64,000 bases of DNA, taken from positions 15,591-79,590 of the forward strand of contig CAVYSE010000021.1 of assembly GCA_963771075.1 (NCBI GenBank). Direction: 5' to 3'. Both the position numbers and the translations under genes were made by a program. Shown here in pieces: positions 10,006 to 19,700 of this stretch; positions within the stretch are counted from its first letter, which is position 1, and every line of letters starts with the position of its first letter. The DNA is from a candidate division FCPU426 bacterium (lineage in GTDB: Bacteria > Oederibacteriota > Muellerivitia > Muellerivitales > Muellerivitaceae). The notes under the pieces are model-generated. The model saw nothing but the letters and a program-made list of their open reading frames with translations, ran no database searches and had not been told where the DNA came from.

Positions 10006-10043
10006 GGGAGGATTATAACCCGGTTGGGGCCGCGGTCATGCCC

Positions 10044-13000
10044 TCAACGCAGGAGGAGGATTTTACGGATGAATTTTTGGGATCCGCCGCCTGAAAAGGT
10101 GACCTTTAAATAATAAAGCCCGCTTGAAGCTTGATTCCCGAATTGGTCCAGCCCGTCCCAGGAGAGGTAGCCATAACCGTTCAAAGCAACGGTTCCCCAC
10201 CTGATTTTCCTGAAGCCCGTGGTGAAAACGGACCATTCCGCGGAACCCTGGTCCGGATCATAAACATCGACGATGATCGGTTTGCCGCCGTTTGAGGGGT
10301 TCGGGAAGGGGGCCGAAACCCAAACGGACGCTTGGGGAGTAAGGGTGGGGAAAGGCGTCAGGCTTGGGACGGGCGTGTCGACCGGGGTCAAGGTAGCCGT
10401 GGGCGAAATCGTGGGGCTGGGGGTGGGGGTTAAGGACCTCGTCATGGTCCAAGTCGGTGTCGGGGTTTGGGTCGCTGTGGGCGTCGTCGTCCGGGTATCG
10501 GTCGCCGAGAAAGTGGGGGTCGGGGTGAAGGATGGCGTATTCGAATTGGTTTCGGTCGCGGTTGCGGTGTTTGTAAACCCAATGGTGGAGGTGGGGGTCG
10601 GGGAGAATGTCGGTGTCGTCGTACGGGTCGAGGTGAAACCCGGGGTCGGCGACCCGGAGGGTGTTGGAGTCGGGCTGGGAGAAAAGGTGAAGTAAGGGGT
10701 ATTCACGGGTGTGTCCGTAATCGTGGAGTGTGGGGTAGGGCTCCAAGTGACGGTATTGATCACCGTTGGGGTAAGGGTGGGGGTGGAAGTCACCGTTAAA
10801 GTGAGGGTTTGGGTTGAAGTAAAACTCGCGCTAGGCGTAGAAGTGTAAGTCGCGGAAGGGGTGGAGGAAGGCACAGGATACGCCGTCAGTGTGGGGGTCA
10901 GGGTCAAGGTGGGTTGCAAAGTCGCCGTGGTTGAGTTGACCGGTGTCGGGGTTTGAGTGGAACTGAGGAGGACCGTTGGGGTCCAAGTAAAACTGTTGGT
11001 CAAGGAAGCGGTGGTCGTCGGCGTAGCGCTCCCCGTAGAGGTTGGGGTTGAATTTGGAGTTTGGGTGCGTGAAAAGGTGGATGTGGGTGAATCCGTATAT
11101 GTATTCGTCGAGGTCGCAGTCGAAAATGGCGTATTCGTTAAGGTGACCCCAGGCGTATTGGTCCGGGTGAGCGTAGGGGTTGAAGTCGTGGAAAAGACGG
11201 GACTGGGGGTCAGGGTGAATGTGGAAGTGACCGTTTGGGAAAGGGTTGAGGTCGCCGTCAGGGTAAGAGTAGGGGTGATTACGGGAGTATGGGTATTCGT
11301 CAAAACCGTGCTCGGGGTCGGTGAAACCGTAACCGTTCCGGTGAGGGTAGGGCTGGAAGTGAGGGTATAGGTTTTTGTGGAGGTTTGGGTCAAGGTCGGG
11401 GTAACCGAATTGGTTAAGGACGCGGTCAAGGTAAAGGTGGCCGTGTTTTGGGGAGTATTCGTCCGGGTGGAAGTGAAGGTGGATGTCACTGAAAAAGTGG
11501 GAGTGGGCGTCCCCGTTGGAATGGGAGTGGCCGTCAGGGTGGGGGTCAAGGTGGAGATAACGGTGGCCGTCCGGGTGGGAGTTAGGGTGAAAGGCGGGGT
11601 TGGGGTAAAGGTCAAGGTGGATGAAAAGGTAAAGGTAGCGGTTGGGGTCGGCGTATTGGAACGGGTAGCGGTCCAGGTGGAAGAATGGGTTGGGGTGGGA
11701 CTCTGGGTGAAGGTGCGCGTGGGGGTGGGGGTGCCGGAGGGGGTTGGGGAAAAGGTCATCGTGGGGCTTGTCCCGCAATTCACCGTGGGGGTAGTGAGAG
11801 GTGTCGGGCTGGGAATGGGCGTGCAGGCCACGGCCCCGCAGGGTGAATTCACGTCGTAGGCGTGTTTCGCGGCCCAGATACAGTTGGCCCTCATATAATA
11901 AGGCGCCCGAATATTGGCAAGGCCCGTGGTCCATGCCTCGGGCGTGCGGAACCACATTTGCCCCAGGTTCCAGACGCAATTGTAGAGGCTGTTCCCGATG
12001 GAAACCCCCTGGGTAAACATGCCCTCTTGGATCATGCCCGCGACCGCACCCCAAGTGGTGCCCACCCAGGCTTCCTGGGTTTGGGAAGTACTGGTATCGA
12101 TCGCCCCCGCCGAGGTCATGACATTGACCACGCCATGGGTTCCCGTGTCGAATTTGGAGTAGTTATTATTGAAAACCGCCTGCCAGGCGCTGACCGCGTG
12201 CGACGCGGGAACCACATCCGCCAGGCCGCAGGCTTTGGCGTACCATTGGCCGCAAAGTTGGTCGCTCATGATCCGCGCCACCCCGGTCACTCCGCCGGCC
12301 CCGCTCCCCGTGTCGATGTTGTAGTAGTTCCCCGTCGAGTCCCAAAGGTTGGTTTCGAAATCGGCCTGCCCGAGGGTCAGCCACGACTGGTAGGTGTTGG
12401 CCAGGGCGGCGTTTCCTTCCGCGGTCGCGATGGCTTTCCCAGCCTCACAAGCGGCGAGATAGAGGCTACCGCAATAGGACGTCTCACCGGTTAGCCCTAA
12501 ATTGTCGTAGGTTTGGTCCACTCCGGTGGATATGGGGAGGTTATAGGTGACCCCGCCGGAAACGCACTGGCTATGGACCTTGGTCATCGCGGTTTGCACC
12601 GAAGGCCAGCAATAGTTCAGGAAGGCCGTATCGCTGCTGCCGGTGAGTTCCCAATCACGGTAAACCATGAGCACCAATTTGGAATTCAGGTCTTTCCAGG
12701 TCGTGGAGTCCCGGTAGGTGTAATCGTTCCACGCCGTGAAGACGTCGTTCAGGCTCCCGAAATCGTGGGCGCAGGTTCCGATGGCGGCAGGCCGGGGAAG
12801 GGTTTGGGAGGGGCTCACCACCACGCTGTCGCTGAACTGCTCGACCTCTTGTTTATCGATATTGGGCCACATTTGGGCCAGCGCCCAGGAACCGTAGAAC
12901 CGGACGTCCGAGGTGCCGTAAAAAGCGTAGATATAGGATTCCAGGCTGCTGAACATGTCGGGGCCGGCGTCATAAGAGGTGTTTCCATATTGGCCCGCTT

Positions 13001-14108
13001 CCCAGATCGTGCCGCCGATCACGTAATAATAAAGCTCATTGAACAGCATTTGCTTGAACCAGTCCGGGTAGGGCCCGCCCAGGACTCCCCCTTGCCAGGT
13101 ATCGATCGAGGATTCCCAAGTCGCATAATTATTCAAGGCGTCGTTGGCGATGCTGAAGGAATTCAATCCCGTCCGGCCATAGGTACGCGTGTATTCCCTG
13201 TACCATTGGGCCCCGGTTCCGGGCTGGCAAAGCGGGATATCCCAGGCGATCGTTATTGGGATCTTGACCGACTGCCCCGGAGCGAGCGTTACCTTGAACG
13301 CGATTCCCCCGATGGTATTGCTTCCCACCGTGTTGCTCAAAAGGCCCGCGGTATTGAAGGCCGTTTGAAGCGTCGCCACGGTCGCGGCGGATTCATAGGT
13401 GATGGATACCCCCGCCGAGGATTGGGCGGCCAGGGTAAACTCCCCCTGGCTTTTCGAAGTGGCGCTCCCGCCCGTACGGGTTAAAACGATTCCTGTATTA
13501 TTACCCGAGGTGGTCACGGAAGCGCTCGCCCCTCCGAAGGTATTGTCCCAGGTCACCATGATGGCCACATCGGTGGAAGTGCAGGTCGGGTTCGAGAGGT
13601 CCCACTCGTAGATCCCCTCCGGGTAGCTGCTGCGGTTGTCGTCGCCCGGAATCATCGGCGTGAATTGGGTGACCCGAGCCTTACAGGAAAATTTGGACCC
13701 GTAATAATCCACCCAAGACTTGGGATAAAGGGAGTAATAATTGGCTTGGCCCGATCCAAGGGTTGTGGCGTTCAACAGATTGGTCGCCGCCGTCTGCCCG
13801 GAGGGTTTCTGGTACATGTAAAAATGGCAATTGCTATCCAGGGTATAAGGATCGTTGTTGGTCCAGGCCGCGGGAGAGGTGGCGATATTGAGCCGGCTTA
13901 AATAAAAATCGCCGGCGAAATTCCAAGTATAAGACCCGGCCCCAAAACCGCCGCTCGGAGCGCCATCCAGATAACCGCCGGCGTTGATATCCCGGCTCCA
14001 TGCTTGAGAGGGTATGTTGGTGGTGGCGAGGGCGGTTGAACTTATGAAAAACAGGCAGGAATATATGAGGAAATAACGATATTGCTTAAAGATTAATTCT
14101 CTCGCCAA
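10044..14108 (-). CDS. Secreted GH116 beta-glucosidase/glucosylceramidase with long Thr/Pro linker and T9SS-CTD-like C-terminal domain
   Basis: GAPSGGFGAG, LFNELYY, LESYIYAFYGTSDVRFY (nucleophile Glu), AHDFG, WKDLNSK, DQTYD (acid/base), SDQLCGQW and FRTPEA motifs; C-terminus PFPNP...W.G.D...GLYY...KILLLR. Confidence 0.92.
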   Translation of the reverse strand: MARELIFKQYRYFLIYSCLFFISSTALATTNIPSQAWSRDINAGGYLDGAPSGGFGAGSYTWNFAGDFYLSRLNIATSPAAWTNNDPYTLDSNCHFYMYQKPSGQTAATNLLNATTLGSGQANYYSLYPKSWVDYYGSKFSCKARVTQFTPMIPGDDNRSSYPEGIYEWDLSNPTCTSTDVAIMVTWDNTFGGASASVTTSGNNTGIVLTRTGGSATSKSQGEFTLAAQSSAGVSITYESAATVATLQTAFNTAGLLSNTVGSNTIGGIAFKVTLAPGQSVKIPITIAWDIPLCQPGTGAQWYREYTRTYGRTGLNSFSIANDALNNYATWESSIDTWQGGVLGGPYPDWFKQMLFNELYYYVIGGTIWEAGQYGNTSYDAGPDMFSSLESYIYAFYGTSDVRFYGSWALAQMWPNIDKQEVEQFSDSVVVSPSQTLPRPAAIGTCAHDFGSLNDVFTAWNDYTYRDSTTWKDLNSKLVLMVYRDWELTGSSDTAFLNYCWPSVQTAMTKVHSQCVSGGVTYNLPISTGVDQTYDNLGLTGETSYCGSLYLAACEAGKAIATAEGNAALANTYQSWLTLGQADFETNLWDSTGNYYNIDTGSGAGGVTGVARIMSDQLCGQWYAKACGLADVVPASHAVSAWQAVFNNNYSKFDTGTHGVVNVMTSAGAIDTSTSQTQEAWVGTTWGAVAGMIQEGMFTQGVSIGNSLYNCVWNLGQMWFRTPEAWTTGLANIRAPYYMRANCIWAAKHAYDVNSPCGAVACTPIPSPTPLTTPTVNCGTSPTMTFSPTPSGTPTPTRTFTQSPTPTHSSTWTATRSNTPTPTATFTFSSTLTFTPTPPFTLTPTRTATVISTLTPTLTATPIPTGTPTPTFSVTSTFTSTRTNTPQNTATFTLTASLTNSVTPTLTQTSTKTYTLTSSPTLTGTVTVSPTPSTVLTNTHTPVITPTLTLTATSTLSQTVTSTFTLTPSPVFSTTSTPTLTRTNTPGVTLTNTPFSTATSTNTYTDSPTSTFSRTQTPNSTPTSTGSATPTTTASLTNSFTWTPTVLLSSTQTPTPVNSTTATLQPTLTLTPTLTAYPVPSSTPSATYTSTPSASFTSTQTLTLTVTSTPTLTPTVINTVTWSPTPHSTITDTPVNTPYFTFSPSPTPTPSGSPTPGFTSTRTTTPTFSPTPTSTIGFTNTATATETNSNTPSFTPTPTFSATDTRTTTPTATQTPTPTWTMTRSLTPTPSPTISPTATLTPVDTPVPSLTPFPTLTPQASVWVSAPFPNPSNGGKPIIVDVYDPDQGSAEWSVFTTGFRKIRWGTVALNGYGYLSWDGLDQFGNQASSGLYYLKVTFSGGGSQKFIRKILLLR

Positions 14109-14380
14109 ATGGGTAACCTTGATGAAACTTTTTTAAACTTATTAAAAATTTACCATACTCAAACCAAATCTTGGATTGATTCGCCTTTGAAAAATATCGA
14201 AAAAGCGTTTTATACCGGTGTTTTGAACATTAAACCTTTTTTCCTTTACATTATTTTAGATAATTTATTTACAGCATTAACTGGTTTGTCATTTTTTAAT
14301 AAAGTTCAATCTTTTTCATTAGTTTAAACACACATTCAAGGCTTGATGAATAGAAGATGAAAATGTCTCACGTCCAGCAA

Positions 14381-16453
14381 TTATTGAAGGACCAAAACTT
14401 TTCGAATCACTTTATAAAATCCGACTTGAACTTTTACGTAATAAATCCCATCTGAAACGGTTGTTCCCGAACTGTCTTTCAAATCCCATTGAATATGGGA
14501 CGTTCCAATGGGAGACGTTCCACTACGAATCGTACGGAATGCCACCGAATAAACGTTCCATTGGATCGGGCCGGGTTCCGGCATATTAATGTCAAAATGG
14601 ATTGGATCACCGGAAGTCGGATTGGGATAGGGAAGAGAAACCGGCGCGGGGATGGGCGTAAAGGTGGGTGTCGGCGTGAAGGTAGGGGTGGGACTGAGCG
14701 TGATCGTCGCGGTATTCACCGGCGTCAGGGTAAAGGTATGGGTGGGCGGGACCGGCGTCAAAGTTAACGTGATCGTCGCCGTTAGGGTATAGGTGAATGA
14801 TTCGACCGGGGTATTCGTGATCGTGAAGGTCAGTGTGGGAGTGAAGGTACTTGTGGGGGTATCGGAGGCGGTGAAACTATTTGTGGCGGTAGTGGTAAAG
14901 GTGTCGGTCACCGTGTAGGTGTTTTCCGGAGTAAGGGTTATGGTGTCCGTGGGGCCGGCGGTAAAAGTATCCGTGGGGGAGTCAGTGACGGTTTGGGTCG
15001 GCGATTGGCTCGGGGTGGAGGTGGGAGTGGCCGTTCCGGTGCTCGTCGGGGTGCTGGTGATCGTAGGGGTTAAAACGGGAGTTAAGGTCGGCGTAGGCGT
15101 CAAGGTCACGGTGGGAGACGCGGTTAAAGTGGGGGTACCGGTATAGGTAAGCGTAGGGGTACTGGTTAGGGTGAGGGTAAAGGTGGGGGTCAAACTAATC
15201 GTCGGGGTATTCGTGGGACCCGTCGGACAAGTCGGTACTTGCGTGGCCAACCATTCGGTAACAGGCACACCGTGATTGCTGGTAAGGGGAAAAGGCACGG
15301 TCCAACTGGTGATCAAGGCTGGACATTGGTTCGTATTGACCGCCCAAGCCGCTCCACCGTTTATGCCCGGTTGTGTGCTGATCCAATTGGTGACAGTGGT
15401 ATCCCAAGCCCCACCGTCACTGACATCGCCCAAACAAGACGTCGATTCCCCGAATTCCGAAATCAAGACCGGGTACACCGCCGCGCAAGGATCAATGTAG
15501 GTCACTCCATCCGTGGCCGGGTTGAAGTTTCCACTTACCCCTTTATTGGGATACACATGAGCGTCATAAACCACACCATACCCGGTCCCCGTATCCGTCA
15601 AGGGATAGCTAAGCCCGCCACCCGGTTGCTTTCCAACCACACCCCTCAAGTCGTAGGCCCAATTTAATCCTCCAGCGATGACGACGTTATTGGCGCCTTC
15701 ATCTCGTATTGCCGACAATAAAGCGAGCATTCCAGGGGTGGTAGAGGGTGTTCCCCCCGTTGCCCCCCCGTTCAACCATACATCCCATTTGACTGCCGTT
15801 TCAGTGTAAGTGGGGTCGATCGGTTCGTTATACAAGTCAAACAGGACCGCTGGATTATTTTTAATCCAAGAGGTTCCCGCGACACTGCTCCAAAAGGTGA
15901 CACTATTTCCATCCGGCATATCCTGTTGCCCGGTTGAGGTTTTCCAGCCCGCGCCGGTACAAGGTGTGGTCGATGTGGTGGATGCGTAGGTTCCCGACCA
16001 ATGGAGATCGAGGATGACATAAGCGTTATTTTGAGAGCAATAGTCGATGATCGATTGAACCATCCCCTGATAAGCCGCTATTTGTACCGGGATGTTGTTG
16101 TTGCTAGAATTCGTGCAACCCATCCAAAAATCCTGGTTTAAGGGAAGTCGTATTAAGTTCGCGTGCCAGGCGGTAACGGCCTGGGCCACGCCCGCGACCA
16201 TATTGGCCATTGAAATACTATCAATGGTCGTTACTCCAACACCATAGCTATTGCCAGTCGCGTTAATCTCAAGCCCTGAATAATCCACACCCTTTAACAC
16301 AACCGTGCATCCACTTGTGGTTGTCACCAAGTGATTACCCGATACCATTAATTGGGAAGGTTGAGCCAAAATTTCTGTTACATTAAAAAAAGAAAATAGT
16401 ACAACCCATGCTGTAATCAAAACTAAGCGTTTAAGGAAAAATTTTACAAACAT
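14381..16453 (-). CDS. Secreted GH5 glycoside hydrolase (cellulase-like) with Thr/Pro linker and CTD-like domain
   Basis: NLIRLPLN, ILDLHW, FDLYNEP (acid/base), YDAHVY and LISEFG (nucleophile) motifs; C-terminus PYPNP...GIYYVKV...KVLVLQ. Confidence 0.92.
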   Translation of the reverse strand: MFVKFFLKRLVLITAWVVLFSFFNVTEILAQPSQLMVSGNHLVTTTSGCTVVLKGVDYSGLEINATGNSYGVGVTTIDSISMANMVAGVAQAVTAWHANLIRLPLNQDFWMGCTNSSNNNIPVQIAAYQGMVQSIIDYCSQNNAYVILDLHWSGTYASTTSTTPCTGAGWKTSTGQQDMPDGNSVTFWSSVAGTSWIKNNPAVLFDLYNEPIDPTYTETAVKWDVWLNGGATGGTPSTTPGMLALLSAIRDEGANNVVIAGGLNWAYDLRGVVGKQPGGGLSYPLTDTGTGYGVVYDAHVYPNKGVSGNFNPATDGVTYIDPCAAVYPVLISEFGESTSCLGDVSDGGAWDTTVTNWISTQPGINGGAAWAVNTNQCPALITSWTVPFPLTSNHGVPVTEWLATQVPTCPTGPTNTPTISLTPTFTLTLTSTPTLTYTGTPTLTASPTVTLTPTPTLTPVLTPTITSTPTSTGTATPTSTPSQSPTQTVTDSPTDTFTAGPTDTITLTPENTYTVTDTFTTTATNSFTASDTPTSTFTPTLTFTITNTPVESFTYTLTATITLTLTPVPPTHTFTLTPVNTATITLSPTPTFTPTPTFTPIPAPVSLPYPNPTSGDPIHFDINMPEPGPIQWNVYSVAFRTIRSGTSPIGTSHIQWDLKDSSGTTVSDGIYYVKVQVGFYKVIRKVLVLQ

Positions 16454-16659
16454 GCGGAAATTCGCCTTTCAGTAAGCAAAATAATTCGTAAACGGCTAAA
16501 CGTTAAAATGCAAGTTTTATACCCTTTTTTAACTCATAAACGAATAAGCAACAAATGATTAATAAAGGATTTTAATGGGTTTCTTGTTTGAAAGTTATCT
16601 CGGGATTGAAACTAAAATCGCAACTGTTTGAAAAGCCGACAAATTCAAATTAATTAGAC

Positions 16660-16693
16660 AAAAAAAGCGCTCTTGTTAAAAAAGCGCTTTTTT
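16660..16693 (-). terminator. Intrinsic terminator-like hairpin, possibly bidirectional
   Basis: AAAAAAGCGCT-loop-AGCGCTTTTTT, just downstream of the stop at 16719. Confidence 0.7.
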
Positions 16694-16718
16694 AATGCCG
16701 CCTCAATTTTAAATCTGA

Positions 16719-19700
16719 TTATCGAAGAACGAGAACTTTGAAGACCTTTGATGCTGGTTGGGATCCGAAAACATCAATTCTTAAGTAATAGAGGCCGTCC
16801 GAAACCTTCGACCCATAGTTGTCCTGCAAATTCCAATTCACTAAACCAAAAGTTGAACTCTGTGCCGTGGCGGGACCCCACGCGACCCTGCGGAAGGCTA
16901 AAGTATAAACCGTATAAGTGGCATTGGAGCCCCTCGGATAAGTGATCCCAATTTGAACCGGTTGGCCGGTCGTCGGATTGGGATATGGGTTCTGGACCAC
17001 AGGAACCATAACCGGAGTAACGGTATATGTTTCGGTGGGCGTAAAGGACGTCGTTTGGGTTGGGGTCCATGTACCGGTGAAGACAGGCGTCGCGGTCGAT
17101 GTCAATGTAACTGTGGGTGTGTGGGTCGAGGTGAAGGTAAAGGTGTCCGTAGGAGTATTCGTGCCTGTGAAAGTAAAGGTGTAAGTATTGGACGCTGTCT
17201 GGGTGGGCGTGCCTGTAAAGGTCGAGGTGAAGGTTTGGGTAGGTGTATTCGTAATGGTGGTCGTAAACACATTAGTGAATGTTGGGCTGTTGGTGATAGT
17301 GGATGTATAGGTATTCGTGGCAGTAACCGTCGCCGTTAAAGTAGCCGTTGAAGTAGCCGAATTCGTCGAAGTGGATGTAAAGGTTGGAGTCTGGGTGTGT
17401 GTCGGTGAAGAGGTTGCTGTCGGGCTAAAGGAAGAAGTGGCCGTATTGGTAACGGTGGAGCTGAAGGTTTCTGTCTGGGTATTGGAGGAAGTCGGGGTGT
17501 TGGTAAAGGTCGTGGTGACCGTTGGGGTCAAGGTCGAGGTAAAGGTAGACGTGCTGGTTTCCGTAGACGTTGAGGTAGCGGTAGGCACACTTATGGTCAA
17601 CAACGCCCCACTCGTAGAGGTATTGTTAATGACAGCGGGCACCCCGTTGGTGGCAGTGATACTGGCAAGAGCTGCTTCAAAATTGCCCGTGGCGGCCGCG
17701 GTAAAGTCATAGGAAGCCAAAATAGTGATGCTTGAATTAGCCTGAATGACAAGGCTCAAGGAATTCAAGGTTGAGGTCAACCCAACGAAAGCAGCCGTCC
17801 CCAAGGAAGTGGCTCCCTCAGTGAAAGCCACACCCGTCGTGCCCGTCGCCACATTCCCTGATCCCGAGTCAACCACCGCAATTTCAGTAACCGTTACGGG
17901 CCCCGCGCTGGTATTGGTCAATACCAAATTCAAATCCGGCACTGTAGTGACTGAACCGGATAGCCAGGAAGCGTTTGGAGGTTGCGTTCCATCAACAATG
18001 TTGATCGTTGCCGCGCCGGGTAAAGGAGTATTCGTAATCGTTGCAGTCGAAGTAATAGTCGGGGTCGTAGTGATGGTTGGAGTATGCGTTGAAGTAAAGG
18101 TATTCGTCGCGGTCGTTGTAAAACTATTCGTCACGGTATTGGTATGAGTTACGGTTGCGGTTGGCGTACGGGTTGGGGTTAAGGTGCTCGTGTAAGTTTC
18201 CGAATTAGTGAAGGTGCTTGTAGGCGTTAAAGTTATGGTCGATGTAAAGGGCCCTGTTGCCGTGCTGGTAGGCGTGGAAGTCTTGGTAGCGGTTATGGTA
18301 AAGGAAACGGTAGAGCTAGTGGACGGCGTTGAAGTCACTGTCGAGGTAAGGGGCCCCGTTGCCGTGCTGGTGGCAGTGGATGTCTTTGTAGCGGTCGTAG
18401 TAAAACTACCAGTTGAACTGCTTGTAGGGGTTATCGTCGCGGTAAATGGCCCTGTTGCCGTTGAGGTCGGCGTTAATGTCTTTGTCAGGGTAAGGGTCAA
18501 ACTGCTGGTCGGGGTAATTGTCGCGGTGAAAGGTCCGGTAGCGGTAATAGAAGGTGTTGTCGTACTAGTCGAAGTAAAGGGACCCGTAGCCGTGCTGGTC
18601 GGTGTTGAAGTTCTAGTCGAGGTTGATGTAATTGATTGCGTCTGAGTACTTGTCGAGGTAAAGGGACCCGTTGCCGTGCTGGTCGGGGTGGAAGTTTTGG
18701 TCGAAGTAGCGGTAAAGCTGGAAGTGATGGTATTGGTTGAAGTCGTCGTCGGAGTCGAGGTGATGGTTGAAGTAAAGGGACCCGTAGCGGTGCTGGTCGC
18801 CGTTATGGTTCTGGTATAAGTAAAGGTAGAAGTGGCTGTTAAAGTGGGCGTGGGCGTGAATGTAGATGAATTTGAAATGGTCGGCGTATAAGTGGTGGTG
18901 GAGGTTCGAGTCAAGGTTTGGGTATTGCTGGGAGTGGACGTTGCCGTGGAAGTGGAGGTTAAAGTAAAGGCAATGGTAGCAGTGGAAGTAAATGAACTGG
19001 TGGCCGTATTAGTATAGGTATTGGTTTTTGTAGGTGTAACAGTTCCGGTCGTTGTGTTGGAAGCCGTAGAGGTGTGAGAGGCCGTGGGAGTGGCGGAAGA
19101 TGTTGGCGTTCCCGTCGTTGTATTGGTCTTGGTAGAAGTTACTGAATAAGTAGCGGTTGAAGTTCCGGTAGCGGTATTGGAGGGACTTGGAGTTGCTGAA
19201 AATGTTCTTGTGGGTGTATAGGTGCTGGTGCCTGTCGGAGTCAAGGTTGGACAAGTGCCATAAAAAGCCAAGTTCCCAAAATACAGGGTGACCGCTTGAG
19301 CTGCGGCGCTGAGTTGGGCCGCGATATCGATTTCGCCAATACTCGTGGTGTTATAATTTGCCCCGCTGGCCGTGAAATCGCCAACCGGGAAAACCTCCCT
19401 ATTCGATCCGGCCCCGATGATGAACGTAACCGGCACTGAAGAAACAGTTGCCGCCCCCTGATAATCCAACAGCTTCACGGTCATGGTCATCGATTGCGAA
19501 CCGGTCAAGCCAGGATTTTGCAATGAAAAAGTCAAATAGGTGTAATTACCTAAAGTCACTAATTGAGAATCCGGGGGCCCGGGGATGGCGTTGTATCCAG
19601 CCCAGTTAAAGCCAAATCCCGCGAAATATCCGTTGGCCGTGACGGCTCCTTCATATAGATACCCCAAGGCTTCGCCCGCTTGGGCCGCCGTGGCACTTTG

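Noticed and set aside
14190..14215. LacI-type operator (AAAAGCGTTTT) upstream of GH116
   Set aside because: Single weak palindrome in AT-rich DNA, not clearly repeated before the other two glycan genes.
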